The translations under genes were made by a program, and so were the position numbers. Below the pieces are notes generated by a model that was not told where the DNA came from, ran no database searches, and saw nothing but the letters and a program-made list of their open reading frames with translations. From NCBI GenBank assembly GCA_963575745.1, contig CAUYUJ010000002.1, positions 930,001-994,000 of the forward strand: 64,000 nt of DNA, read 5' to 3'. Numbering within the stretch: position 1 is the stretch's first letter; the number at the start of each line of letters is the position of its first letter. Shown one piece after another: positions 48,371 through 61,801 of the stretch. This stretch comes from Prorocentrum cordatum. Lineage: Eukaryota.

Positions 48371-50829
48371 GGCTACAAGAAGAAGGAGGCCTGCAAAGAC
48401 AGCGACCTTCTCTTCGCCGTGTGGAAGGCCCACATTACAGACGTGGAGTGGGGCCCGTCGTCCGAGGAGGACGTGAACGAGGACGCCTACGTCGAGCACA
48501 AGACGTTCGTCCTCGCCACCAGGGCTGCTGGCGCCGAGCTCGCGACGAAGAGCGCGTCGGAGGCGCGACGGAGGAGGATGAGGAGGGGGAGGAGGAGAAG
48601 GAGGAGGAGGAAGAGGAGGAGAGGAGGAGGAGGAGGAGGAGGAGGAGGAGGAGGAACTGAGGGAGGGGACGGGGGAAGAAGGAAAAGGAGGAGGGGGGGG
48701 GGAGGTGGACGGGGGGAAGTAGGAGAGGCAGGAGGGGCAGGAGGTGGAGGGAGGAGGAGGGGGGGGAGGAGGAGGAGGAGGAGGAGGGGGACGAACAGGC
48801 GAAGCGGAGGAGCAAGAGGAGGAATGGAGGAGGAGGAGCAGCAGCAGCAGCAGCAGCAGGAGGAGAGCAAGCGAAACGCCGCCCGCAGGTTGCCATGCTC
48901 CAGATCGCCAAGAGCCGCGAGCAGGAGTGGCACCTCGCTGGCGCCGCCAAGGAGTGGGCCAAAGACAAGGCCCAGGTCGTGCGCTGCCTGCTGATGACGC
49001 TGCACAAGGCGCTGAACCAGAAGAGGAGCTCGTCCTCCTTCTCCTCCCTCCTCCCCCCTCCTCCATCATCCCTCTCACTCTCTTCCTCCTCCTCCTCCTC
49101 CTGATCCAGGGGGCCGCCGCCGAAGTGGGCGCTTCCCTTCCAGCTGAGGGCCGAGGGGGAGCCCGAGGGCGGCGCCGGTGGAGAGGACGAGGATGGCGAG
49201 GACGAGGAGGAGGCGCCCGTGGACGCCGCGGATGGCGAGGACGGCGAGGACGAGGAGGAGGAGGCGCCCGAGGACGACGCGTCGCAGGAGTCCGAGGCCT
49301 CGGAGAACGAGGGCGATGACGACGACGCGCCCCTGCGGCAGCCGAAGAAGCCGAAGGTTGAGCAGCCGACGCCGCCGAAGGCGCCGAGGTTCAGGCGGTC
49401 CTTGGGCGCCAAGGCCCCGAGGTTGGTCCCAGACGAGACGGTGGGGAAGTGGAAGCTCGGCTTCGACCAGGCGCTGCAGGCTTTCTGGGCGGGAGGGGGG
49501 CGGAGTGGCAACAGAAACATGTGCGGTGGAACAGCGGTGGAACACCGATGGAAACCAGTGGAATTCCATGTTCTGGCGGCGAGGTTGAAGAGGAGATGGA
49601 GGAGGAAGTGGCGGAGGTGGAGGAGGAGGTGGAGGAGGAGGTGGAGGAGGAGGTGGAGGAGGAGGTGGAGGAGGAGGTGGAGGAGGAGGTGGAGGAAGAG
49701 GTGGAGGAGGAGGTGGAGGAGGAGGGGGGGGAGGAAGAGCCAACCAGCACAGGCGGCTTGGAGAACCGAGGACTGCGAGAAGGGCAGGATCGAGCACGCC
49801 ATGGTCAGGCGCGGCGAGAACGATGCCGCGGTGGCTCGGTTTCCAGACGGCATGGAGTGGACGGTGCCGAACAGGACGTTCGCCGAGCTGAAGGGTGACG
49901 CGCAGGAGAAGGGCGAGAACATCTTGGGCTCCAAGCAGAACGCTGCGGGCGAGCGGTGCTTCGTGCAGAGGGTGAAGAAGTTACAGGAGGAGTGGATGGT
50001 CTTGTGGAAGAAGCCGCAGGGCGAGAACATGAAGCAGGTCATGCAGCTCAAGTCGTACATCAGCGAAGAGACCGCTCGCGCGTTCATGCTGACATCCTTG
50101 GACTTGTACGCGAGTGGCGAGGTGGACAAAGCGACGCTGGAGGAGCACAAGAAGACGTACTTCAAGGATCACGGCAGGAAGACTGGCAAGAAGGCCGCCG
50201 AGAAGCCCGCGATGCAGGAGCCGACGGCGACGGCCGACATCGACAAGCAGCCCGAGGCCGACCGCGACAAGGAGCCGATGATGCTGAAAGCGAAGCCGAA
50301 GAAGGGCAAGAGGGTCAAGGACGAGCTCGCGGACATGGGGGTCATCGACGGGCTCGGGGCCGCGCAGGAGCCCGGCGGCGCGGCCGTGAAGACGGAGGTC
50401 GCCGTGAACAACGAGGCCTCGAGGAAGGGCGAGCTGATCGTGCACGCGGGTGCACCCCCGACGGAGCCGCCCACGGACAAGACGAAGGCGCGGGGGGCTG
50501 GCGACGGGTGAGGAAGGGGGAGGGCGGGGGCTGACGAGGAGGGATGAAGGAGGAAGGACGAGGACGAGGTGTAGGAGCAGATAAGGGGGATGAGGACATA
50601 AGACGGAGAATCAGGAGGAGGATGACCAGGAGTCGGATGAGGTAAGGAGGAGGAGAAGGACGACGAAAGGAGGAGAAGGACGACGATGTCGAGGGATGAG
50701 GGGTAGGACGGATGATGAGGACAAGGAGCAGAGGAGGAGGAGGAGGAGGAGGAGGAGGAGGACGAGGAGAAGGAGGGGGGGAGGAATAGGAGGAAGAGGA
50801 GGAGGAGGAGGAGAAGGAGGAGGAGCGAC

Positions 50830-50878
<49 letters not shown>

Positions 50879-50917
50879 AAAAAAGGAGAAAAATAAACAC
50901 ATGCGCGGGGGAGGTTA

Positions 50918-50963
<46 letters not shown>

Positions 50964-50971
50964 GGAGAGAT

Positions 50972-51066
<95 letters not shown>

Positions 51067-51417
51067 TGAGAGAGAGCGAGAGAGGGAGAGAGAAACAAAC
51101 AAAACAAAGAGGTGGTCGTCGAGCAGCCGCTCAAGCCGACGCTGGCTGCGAAGCGGCCTTTGGAGAAGGCGACCGCGGGGGGATGCTCGGGGAGGAAGAG
51201 GAGGAGGAGGAGGAGGAGGAGGAAGAGGAGGAGGAGGAGGAGGAGGAGGAGGAGGAGGAGGAGGAGGAGAAGGAGGAGGAGGAGGAGGGGGAGGAGGAGG
51301 AGGAGGAGGAATTGGCCCCCCCCCTGACAGGCGAACGCAAGCACGGGCACCAAGCGACCGAGGCAGGGCGAGGACATCGGCGTTCCTGGTGGCCTCTTCG
51401 ACGACTTCGGCCTCTAG
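48371..51417 (+). CDS. Gene A, hypothetical charged protein, at least 525 aa, 5'-incomplete; exons 48371-48562, 48889-49025, 49110-49479, 49753-50487, 51112-51168, 51331-51417
   Basis: High-GC3 islands between GGA/CCT/GA tracts join in frame through AG acceptors and GC/GA donors (e.g. NQKR|GPPPKW, DQALQ|AAWR) and end ...GLFDDFGL*. Confidence 0.75.
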
Positions 51418-52544
51418 GTGGGGGCCGACACTGATTCCCAGTGGCCTCTAGGCGGGAGGGGAAGGCGGAGGGAGTTGGGTTTGGGAAATGGGCGGGTGGG
51501 GGAGGGATGGGCGGGATGGACGTGGGGCAAGGTGGCGGGGAGGGCGTCGGAGCACGCCGAACAGGCCAGCAAATGCTCAGTCGCAGGAGTCGTTGCCTGG
51601 CAGCAGGGCGCCGCCGCTCGCTTCTTTTCAAGAGTGGCCCTCGCGCGTGCGTGCCCCCTCGCTCGGCCGCCAGAGACCTCGCCCAGCTCTACATCTCATC
51701 TTCCTGATCCCCCCCCCCATCCTCCTGCTCATCTTCCTGCTGCTGCTGCCCCTCCTCATCCACCTCATCCTCGAGGCGGAGAAGGAGGAGGAGGAGGATG
51801 ATGGGGGAGGAGGAGGAGGAGGCGGAGGAGGAGGAGGAGGAGGGGGAGGATGAGGAGGAGGAGGAGGAGGAGGAGGAGGAGGAGAGGGGGGAGGAGGACG
51901 AGGGAAAAAAGAGGACGAGAAAAGGGAGGGCGAGGAGGGCGGCGACGACGTCGACGTCGACGTCGACGAGGAGGACGAGGAAGAACACATCCTCACACAC
52001 CATCCTCTGCGAAGCTCCACCCTCTCGTCACTCACCTGTGCTGGCCCCGCGAGGCGTGGCTCTCTCTCTGTCTCTAGCTCTTTCGTGAGAAGAGCGCTGC
52101 TCTCTCGGGAGAACAGGGCTGCGCTCTGGGGAGAAAGGGCTGCCCTCAGGAGAAACGTGCTGCCCTCGGGAGCAAAGCGCCTCCTCCCCCTCCTCCTCCT
52201 CCTGTTCTCCCCTCTCCTCCTCTCGCTCTTCCACCTCTCCGACCTCCCGCCCCGCCCCTTAAATCAGCCCTCAGCCACTGCCTCTCCAGCCGCCCACAGG
52301 CGCGCGGCGCCTGTCGGAGCGGTGCGTCGGCGGCTGGCGTCGGGCGCTGGTGTCGGGTCGGTGGCCTCTCGCGCGGCATCTTGAAAACCCGACGCCGCCG
52401 CGGGTCGACCCAGGCACCGCGGTGGATCGGCGCCAAGGGAGAGCCCGCGGGAAGCGTCGGATTCCCAGGAGAGGCGGGGTGGCGAGAGGATGGACGGGAG
52501 GGAGGAGTTAGAAGAGGAGGAGGAGGACAATAATGATTAGCCAA

Positions 52545-53070
52545 CACACCCTCCAATGCTGCAATACACTGGCCAATGCTGCAATGCGCCCGATGTCAAT
52601 GCGCTGCAATGCACCCTCCAATGCTGCAGTGCACCCATCCAGCTTCAAGCCCCATCGTGGCATTAGAACGCTTTGGTCCAGAGCAGTCCCATATGCATGC
52701 TGCAGCGCATCCTTCAATGCTGCAATGCAGGCTCTCTGTAGGGGAGGGGCAGGGGCAGGGGGGGGGACAATAATGATTAGCGAAGACCCTCCAATGCTGC
52801 AATACACTGGCCAATGCTGCAATGCACCCGATGTCAATGCGCTGCAATGCACCCTCCAATGCTGCAGTGCACCCTCAAGCTTCAAACCCCTCATGGAATT
52901 GGAACGGTCTGGTCCAGAACAATCCCAAGCGCGGGCTGCAATGCACCCTCCAATGCTGCAGTGCACCCTCCAACGCTGCAGTGCGCCCTCCAATGCTGCA
53001 GTACACCCTCCAACGCTGCAGTGCACATTCCAATGCTGCAATACACCCTCCAATGCTGCAGTGCACCCTC
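52545..53070 (+). repeat. 20-bp minisatellite CACCCTCCAATGCTGCA(G/A)T(G/A) with a higher-order ~240-bp duplication
   Basis: Direct reading; ggacaataatgattagc at about 52525 and 52765. Confidence 0.9.
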
Positions 53071-53332
53071 TAGCTCCTAGCCGCCACCGCGGTAGTAGAA
53101 CGTCTGGAGATCCCAGAGCGTTATTGATTCTGCAATGCGATGTCAAGTTTCCCCTGCCACTCCTCTCGCACCCAGCTCGTAGCAATTTTGGACCAGGCAG
53201 ATGTCCATCAGGAACACTCAGGCACCGGTGCCCAAGAACTGGCGAGGAACGCCGCTCTTCAAACGCTTCGCAGCCGCCGCAGCGATGTATGAGACGCCCA
53301 TGCTGGTGAGGGCGGGCTCTGCAGGTACTCAG

Positions 53333-56300
53333 ATGGATAGCTCGGCGCTGGATGGCGAGCTCGAGGCTGTATTGCAGGATGCTGCCGCTGCTGCTTTCCC
53401 TGAATCCATGCCCGCGTCCATGCCGCTGGAGACGCAGTGCTATGCAGACGTGCATCTGCCAGCGGAGACTGCGACCCAGGTGGAAGAGGAGGATGCCGAC
53501 GTGCCAGCGGAGCAGGCGACCCAGGCTGCGATGGAGGAAGACACGGCGGTGCCAGCGGAGAAGGAGGAGACCCAGGCTGCGATGGAGGACGACGGCGTGC
53601 CAGAGGAGCAGGAGACCCCGAGGAGCAATGGCACGCTGCGAGATGTAGAGGCTGCGCCTTCGCCAGCCCCGACGGAGCAGACGAGGCACCAGCCAATCGA
53701 GATCAAGACGCCCCCGAGGAGGGGCCGCGTGGTGTCCAGGCACGAGATCCAGGACAAGTGCCCATCAGGTACCACGCCAGAGTCCCAGCTCTTCACGTTC
53801 GTAGCTGGCGACCACAGCCCATCAGACGCCAGCCTCGCGGAGGCCAAGCGTCTTTCTCAGGAGCAGGCCGTCAAGGATAAGCAGATCGAGGAGCTCGAGG
53901 CGAAGCAGCTGGCGGAGGCCCAGGAGCGCTCGAAGCAGCACACGCGCGGGCGCTCAGAGTCGCCCAAACTGCCACCGGGCCAAGAGAGAGGATCAGCTTC
54001 CACGGACCCCATGGGCTCTATGTGGGCAGGCGCGAAGGGCGTGGTCGACCTTTCCGATGGAGCCCCGGAGGACGGCTGGGTGCAAAGGGGCGAATAGGGG
54101 GAGAGCCGACGATCGAGGCGAGCGATCGGGGATGTCGGGCGGGAGGGCGGGCGGCGCGGGAGCCTGGTTGAACTCGCCCACGTTCGTGGTCCTCGCTGGG
54201 GGGCGAACCGAGCTGCCCGCTGCGTCTCTCCCTTACTCGCTCGTCGCTCACTCGCCCGCCTCGCCCCGACCCCCAGGGAATAGCCCAAACGTTGGCGGTG
54301 GAACAGCGGTGGAACAGCGGTGGAACAGCGATGGAACAGCGATGAAACAGCGATGGAACAGCGATGGAACAGCGATGGAACAGCGATGGAACAGCGATGG
54401 AACAGCGATGGAAACCAGTGGAAATCTAAAAAACTGGTGGCGAGGAGGTGGAGGACGAGGCCAGTGGAAGGAGGAAAGGTGAAGGAATCAGGACAGAGGA
54501 GGAAGGGCAGAGGAAGGGCAGGGGAGGAAACACGAGGAGGGAAGGGAAGACGGAGGAGTAGCCGCCCCTCCAGGACATGACGCCGCCCAAGCTGTTCGCG
54601 AAGGCGAACGCTATGCAGCAGAAGTACGAGGACTTCTCCTCCTTCTCCCCCTCCTCCTTCTCCTTATCTGTCCTCCTTCTCCTTACCTCCTCCTTCTCCT
54701 CATCCTTCTCCTCCTCCTCCTCCTTTGCCCTCCTTCTCCTACTCCTCCTCCTCCTCCTCCTCAGCCTCCCTCCTCCTCCTCCTCCTCCTTCTCCTCCTCC
54801 TCCTTCTCCTCCTCCTCCTCCTCAGCCTCCTACTCCTCCTCCTCCTGCTCCTCCTCCTTTCTTTATTTGTTTCGTGTCGAACAAAAACAGGACGACCTGA
54901 AGAAGCCTGGGCCGCTCGACGATGACCGCGCCCTCTTGCTGACGAAGGCCCTCGTCGAGGCGTTCGAGACGCCGACGTTCAGGAACCTCCTCTGGCAGAA
55001 GGGCGGGTGGGATTACTCCGCCGCCAAGTCCTGGCCGCAGGACCCAGAGGCGTTCGGCGCCAGCAACCTCCAGCGGGAACCCGAGGACGAGGCGGAGTTC
55101 AGGTTCTGGGAGGACATCTCCAAGCAGAACTACAAGGTGAGCACGGACGGGAAGAACAACCCCGTCGCCAGCAGGTGGCAGCGCGCGCTGGAGGACCCCG
55201 TGAGGCGCCAGAAGTACGAGTCCATCTCTGGCCGCGCAGCCAAGAGGGCTTTCAGGTCCGACTGGGCCAGGGAGAAGCACGAGGAGGTCAAGATCTCCTA
55301 CAGCAAGACGACGGAGGAGACGAGGAGCCTCTGGAAGAAATCGAAGTACATGCCCATCGGTGCGATCGCGATCAAGCTCGGCGGCGGGAAAGCTGGCTGG
55401 ATGCTGGCGACCCTTCCCCTACTTCAAACCTCAATCACTTCCCCTTCCCCTCCTTCCAACCTTCCTTCTCCTTCCCTTCTCTTCCATTCCACCCCCCCTT
55501 CCATCCTCCGTTGCAGGCAAGCAAGTACGTGTGGAAGACGATGAACATGGGGCCGCCCTGGATCATCTACGACACGATGTGCGAGACGATCTTTTCATTG
55601 TTTGTGGAGCAGGGGCTCACCGAGACCTTCGCGACCACGTGGAAGAAGCACGAGGAGTGGGCCAAGAAGGAGCCGCCGACGCTGACCGACGTGCCGCGCA
55701 GCCTGGCGCCAGCGCTGGCGGAGCCCGCGGGCGCAGCGGCGGCGGGGGCGACTGGCGCCGCCCAGACGGGCGCGGCGGCAGCGCCAGCGGCGGCTCCACC
55801 GGCGGCGGCACCTGCAGCCCCAGAGGCGCCACCAGCAGCGCCGCGGGAGCCAGCGGCGCCGCAGGAGCGCAAGGGCAGGGGCGCGCGCGGTGGCGACGCC
55901 AAGGTCGGCGCGGTGACTGACGGGCAGCCGCCCGAGGCCCTCCTCGTCTCCTCCTCGTCTCCTCCTCCTCCTCGCCCCCCCCTCGTCGCCTGCTTCCGCC
56001 TCCCACGCCCAAAAACCACCAGGCCAAGGGCGGGAAGGTCAGGAGCGAGGCGCAGGAGGCGATGGCCAGCGCCAAGAAGGTGATCACCCAGTACCAGGCC
56101 GTCATCGCGCACCACCAGTCGATGATGATGAGCATCGGCCTCGACAAGGACTGGGCTTGGGCGCTGGAGGATGACGAGGCCGCGCTCAAGGCAATGAGGA
56201 GGGCCAAGTCGAAGCTCGACGATGCGGCGGGTCAGAACGTGGTCGCCGCGAAGGTGCTCTCGGCCAAGAACCTCCCAGAGCTGAAGAAGCAGATCGGCGA

Positions 56301-56490
56301 CCAGGAGTTCATGCGGGGCTTGGCGCTGGTGTCGGGGCTCACGGACTGCATCCAGAAGGTCGAGGAAGAGCTGGAGACGTTGCTGGGCTTCGACAGGGCG
56401 AAGCGGGAGAGCAAGCGCAAGCAGAACAAGCAGGAGCAGCCAGGGAAGGCCGCCAGGCCGCGCAAGCAGCCTCGTCGGGGTGAGTCGTAG
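53333..56490 (+). CDS. Gene B, hypothetical protein ~732 aa; exons 53333-54070, 54574-54630, 54891-55406, 55517-55936, 56023-56490
   Basis: All four introns are phase 0 with AG acceptors and GA, GA, GC, GC donors. Acidic VPAE.ATQAAMEED repeats, helical core (RWQRAL...KYE...AKRAFR.DWA), basic C-terminus. Start codon uncertain. Confidence 0.75.
54295..54424 (+). repeat. 11-bp tandem repeat (G/A)TGGAACAGCG; related clusters at 49523-49565, 56636-56777 and 63051-63139
   Basis: Direct reading. Confidence 0.9.
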
Positions 56491-58217
56491 GCAGCAGGCA
56501 AAGCGCTTTCTGAGCCTCAAGCCGAGCCCATTGGGGTTCGACCTGGTCTCCGAGGTCCAAAGTCAGAAATTGCTGCGCGCGAGCGCCCCCAACCCGAGCT
56601 GGCCCCTTTTTTTCCTTCCCGAACCCCCCAGGAGCCGGTGGAATGCCGGTGGAGTACCGGTGGAAACCGGTGGAAACCGAAATGAGAACATAACGTTGTT
56701 CGTGTAAAAACACATGTAAAGTACCGATGGATTTGAAATGAGAGCCGGTGGAGTTGCGATGGAGTTCCGGTGGAATTCCTGGGAGCACTCGGGGGTCCCA
56801 GGCAGGCCCGTCTGAGACCAACTGGAGCCCCATCTGAACTCATCCAGGAGCTAGGGACGTGCATGTGCACCAAATGTTGTTATCATTCTGGCAGTTGTTG
56901 CATCTTGGACTTCGGAGGCGCGCCAAGAGTGGCATACCCCAACTAGTTGAGCGGCAGGCTTGTGCGTGGTAGCTCATGGCAGGTACCATGGTACTTCCAG
57001 CGAGCGATGGATCAGGTAGCGAGCGCACCCCGCCCTCATCATTCTCTTTTGAACTATTCTCGCCCGCGACACCCTCAATAGCCTGTTCATCCTCCCGCTC
57101 GCCATCTTTGCCCAATCGTGAATGTCTTCCTTATCCCTCTCGCTGCCCCCTGTTTGGATTTATCGCCTTATCATCCTCGATATCCTCCTTCTAATCCTCT
57201 TCCTTCTCACCCTTTATCCTCCTCCTCCTCCTCCTCCTTATCATCCTCGCCTCTCTCGCTACACTCCTCATCCTTATCCTCCAGTTCTTTCCTGACCACG
57301 TCTGTCTGGATTTCTCCTCTCTGTCTCCGTGGTGGCGGGCAGGCCTGTGCTCTAGCGGCCCAGCACACACGCTTGCTATTGCTATGTTGCTGTGGGTTTG
57401 CAGCAGGCGCGATGCCGACTGTGCACGTGCACAGCGGTTGGGGCCGCATGAGCCTGGCTGTGCAGCAACAGCGCAAGTCTGCCAAGTCTGTGTTGATTTT
57501 TTTTATGCTGCAAGCTGCGCTGGAAGTCAAGGCATGGGTAAGCCTCTGCAGTTTCTGTCAGAACCAGGCCCCCTTCCCCCCCTTGTCTTGTCTCCTCCTC
57601 TCTCTCCCTCTCTCTGCTCCCTCTTCTCCCTCGCCCTTTCCCTCCTCTCTCTAATCTCTCTCCCTCTCTTCCCCTCTCTCTCTCTCTCCACTCCCTTCTC
57701 TGCGGTCCGACCGCCATTCAGCCTCATCATCTCTTCCCTTCCGTCCACCCCTCCCCTCATGCCTCCCATCCTCCTCCTTCATCCTTCTTCCTCCCTCCTC
57801 CCCTCTCCTCCTTCTCCCTTCTCCTCCTCCCCTGCTCCTCACCCCTCCTCCTCCTCTCCGCTCTTCCTCATCCTCCTCCTCCTCCTCCTCACCCTCTCTA
57901 CTCCCCCCTCCCCCTCCTCCTCCCGTCCTCCTCCTCCTCCTCCTCCTCCTCCCTCTCCTCCTCCTCCCCCTCCTCCTCCTCCCCCTCCTCCTCCTCCTCC
58001 TCCTCCTCCCCCCCTCGCCCTCCTCATCCTTCTCCCCTCCTTTTCTTCCACCCCCATCCCCACCCCGCGGCCCCTGCTCCTGCCCGCAGCTGGCTGGAGT
58101 AGGCGCTGGCACCTGCGCCGCAGCAGCGGAGCAGAGCGAGGGGTTCCCTGGGAGGGCAAGGGAGGCAACAGAAACCACGGGGCGACATTTCGAGAGCGGT
58201 GGATGTCATACTTGATT

Positions 58218-58261
<44 letters not shown>

Positions 58262-59072
58262 AGCCCAACATCGTGCATCGGAGCCAGTGGAGTGCACGCC
58301 TCGCTCGTGCTGCGTCGCTCGTGTTTGGCGCGCTCTTTTGAACGTGAGCTGGCTCGGAAGCGAGACGTGTAGACGTGCTGCGCTGCGCGCCTGATCGAGC
58401 ATAGCATCCCAACGGGTGATATCGATGGGGGCAAACACTCATGAACACAACGACGCCCCGCGCGCTCAGCCCCATGGCCATCATACATCATCCGCTCCTC
58501 GCTGGCTCAACTGCCTCGAACCTCGAACCTCAGAGGAGGAGAGAAGAGGGGGGGAGAGGAGAAGATAGGAGGATGAGGTATAGTTGCTTGCGCACTTGCG
58601 ATGTGGAGGATGAGCAGGTGGGGGAGGGGGGGAGGAGGAGGAGGAGGAGGAGGAGGAGGAGGAAGAGGAGGAGGAAAAGGAGGAGGAAAAGGAGGAGGAG
58701 GAGGAGGGGGAGGAGGAGGAGGAGGAGGACAAACGTTTTTTTTTGTTGCCAACATCTTCCTCCTCCTCCGCCTCCCTCTCCTCCCCCATACCCCGCTTCC
58801 TCCGCCCCCTTCAACTGCGTAAAGCATTCCCGAGTTGTCAAGAATATTACAGGGTTGCTTAGCTCTTGGGGCCTCACAGAGCTCGTGGGTCTCTTGGGGC
58901 CTCGCAGAACTGTTTGAACTTCAAGTTGTTTAGGTTCATCCGTTGTGAATGTTCCAGAGAAGTTCCAGAGTTTCTGAACATGCACTCGCGTCATCACCTG
59001 TTGGGATTGTGCTAGAGCTGTTTAGGTGTTCAGCTTCTAGCCCTTGCGTGGCCGAGCGCACTGCAGCGGCCA

Positions 59073-61801
59073 ATGCCACCCTCATGGCGATCGTCCTCTG
59101 GCGCGGAGCGCCAGGCAGGAGCGGACTTGCTGAAATTATTGCTCCAGCTCTATGCGTCCTGCAGGATCACTGCTAAGCACCTCTGCACGGCCTGCGACTT
59201 GTGCACCAAGGCGAATGTACCAGGGGGTTCGTTTCAATTATACGCTAAGGAGGAGGGGCTTCAATCGGGCAAATATTCAGATCACATTCAAAGAGTTCTT
59301 CCGCATACCACCCACCTTTACTACGTCCCCGTCCCCATGAACGTGAACCACTCGGTAAACAGAACAATTCGGAACGTGCCCGTTCGTCTCGGATACGAAA
59401 CTTTGCGAGACGAGCTTCAAGCAGACCCCGCAATTATGGAAACTGTACAGGCCCCCCCGAGCGAGCGCGCCGAGTGTATATTGGATTTGCCTGCTTATCA
59501 ACAACACCCATTGGTGGAACGAGCTCGGATGTCTGGAAATCGCCCCCCCCTCCCGGTGGGAATCTACGTGGACGGTGTAGCGTACATTCAGCAAGCAGCT
59601 GGCAGGTCTGATACGGTTTGCGGGTTTTGGCTGATTAACCTCATCTCCTCTAAGCGGTATTTGCTCGGCGTTTTTCGTCGCAGTGATGAGTGCCGCTGCG
59701 GCTGTAGGGCGTGGTGCTCGAACTACCCGATTTTGAAGTGCATCCAGTGGCAACTGAGAAGCATGGCAAGGGGGCAGCGCCCCGTAGTCATGCACACGGG
59801 AGAGCCATTCCCAGCAAGTCAAATGCCAGATGAGCTCGACTTAGGATATACAGCAGCTCTGGTCTTTGTGAAGGGGGACTGGTGCGAACACTCGAGGACC
59901 TTGGGGTTGTCGCCCTGGAGTCAGAATCACAATTGCTGCCAGTATTGCGAGAGCGAGCACAGCGAACTATTCGACGAAGACCTCATGCTGTCTCAGTGGC
60001 TGCTACGGAGGCACGAGTCTTACGAGGAGTCGGTCGCCAGGTGCGAGGTTCGAGTCGAGGTCCTAAACATATTGCAACTCAAACAGCTGTGCAAATCTTT
60101 GAGGTGGTTTAAGGCTAAAAGCAGCAAGAAAAGCTTAAGGAGTAGAGCGGTGTTTCAAGATATTCGCATCAATGGCGTCGACCTGAAAATAGGCGACCGC
60201 CTTGAGCCTTCAGACACACTGTTTGACATTGCGCGTCTTGAGCACTGTGACACGCCTGTTTGCATCACGTTCTGGCGCCCAAGGGTTGGGGCGAACGACG
60301 TGTTGATTGACAGCGTCCACCACCGATGCCCACTATTCTGCCCTGAATTGGGGACGTCCCCTGTTCATACGCTTGCTATAGACGCTATGCACTGTCTGCA
60401 CTTGGGAGTGGTGCAAAGGTTCGTATCTGCGAGTCTGTGGAGAATGGTTTTGGAGAACGTCTGGGGAGTGGTCGGGTCCGATGCGTCTGTGTTAGATGCG
60501 TGCTTCAGAAATCTTCAGAATGACTTACTTCGGTGGCAGGAGGCGAAGAACATTGACAGATCTCAGCGCGTGAACAACCTTACGCCCAAGATGATGGGCA
60601 AGCAGCGCGGGTGTGATTTGGAGGACGCATTTTTCATGTTTGTGATTTCGGGCTTCGGGTGAATTGGCATGGGCAACCGCCTCGTCGCAACGGCTTGGGC
60701 TCGCCTTGATATTCAGGCTCAGGACGCACCAAGGTTTAACAGCGATAACAGTAATGAACATGCCCCCTCCCCAGAACACTACGCACCCTGGTGGCCCAAT
60801 GAGCCTCAAGGCCGCTGAGACGGGCCTGATCCTGAACTTCGCAGTGGACATGCTGCGCGCACATGGGGGGGTGGACCAATTTGGGGTACATCTGATAGGC
60901 GCTGGGAACACGATCCTAGAGTTCATGGAACTCATGCGGACCCACACAGTTGTCGTACCACCCGAGGTGCAAGATAGGATGAAAGATGTGATGAACCTTC
61001 ATGTGCGCTGCGCGCGCGCTGCGATGATCGGGTTGACGCCAAAACACCATTTGGCGTGCCATCTCGCTGACAGGAGCTCGGGGCACCCTTAAATGCAAAG
61101 TGCCTCTGTTGCATCCTGGGCCTCCACCTCCACCACCACCACCCCTCCTCCACCCCCCTCCCCCTCCGCCCGCCTGCCCCTCCACTCCCCATCGCGGGTC
61201 GCTCTCCCTGCCCTTCTCTCCGCCTCCCCCTCCGCCCCCCCCTCGCTCTCCCGTGCTCCACTCCCTCCTCTACTGGGGCCGGTGCGCCTGGAAGTTGGCG
61301 TCGTGCAATCGCTGCCCGCGGAGGTCCGCCCGTCTAGCCCCCGAGGGAGGCACCATGCACGCTGCGGGGGCTTCGGAGGGCAGGGCGAGGCTCGGATGGG
61401 GAGGCGAGGGGAAGGGGGAGGAGGAGGGAGGAAGGAGGGTGAGGGGAGGGAGGAGGGAGGAGGAGGGAGAAGGGGGAGGAGGAGCGGCCCCTACATAAAA
61501 CTCAGGGGGAGGGAGGGTAGGTGAAACAGTGGAAACATAACTAAGTTCAGGGCACCCTCGAATCCTCAAACAGTTTCAGGGTGCCACCCCCAGGATCTGG
61601 TTCCACGGCTCACCGAAATTATACAATTGCTTTCTCGACGAAGGCCTCAACAGTATATTGAGGGATGTCTGCAAGTACTCGCACCGCAGCACGATGGAGT
61701 TCAGGTGCTTCTCACTTTTCGAACTGAACGCCCGCCTCAACATTTCCCCCTGGCTTGCTGGCCCGCAGTCATGTTTGCCGCTCATCGCTGGTTGGCGGTG
61801 A
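59073..61801 (+). CDS. CMC-superfamily-like (CACTA/Mirage/Plavaka) DDE transposase, ~685 aa; exons 59073-60623, 60775-61073, 61594-61801
   Basis: GIYVDGV (D1), VKGDW (D2), W..N.CC.YC, IDAMHCLHLG, LKAAET, PKHHLACH and HGSPKLYNCFLDEGLN (E). Two GA-AG introns restore an open frame. Confidence 0.8.

Noticed and set aside
56500..59070. Additional gene between gene B and the transposase
   Set aside because: Unique islands exist but no convincing spliced reading frame could be built.
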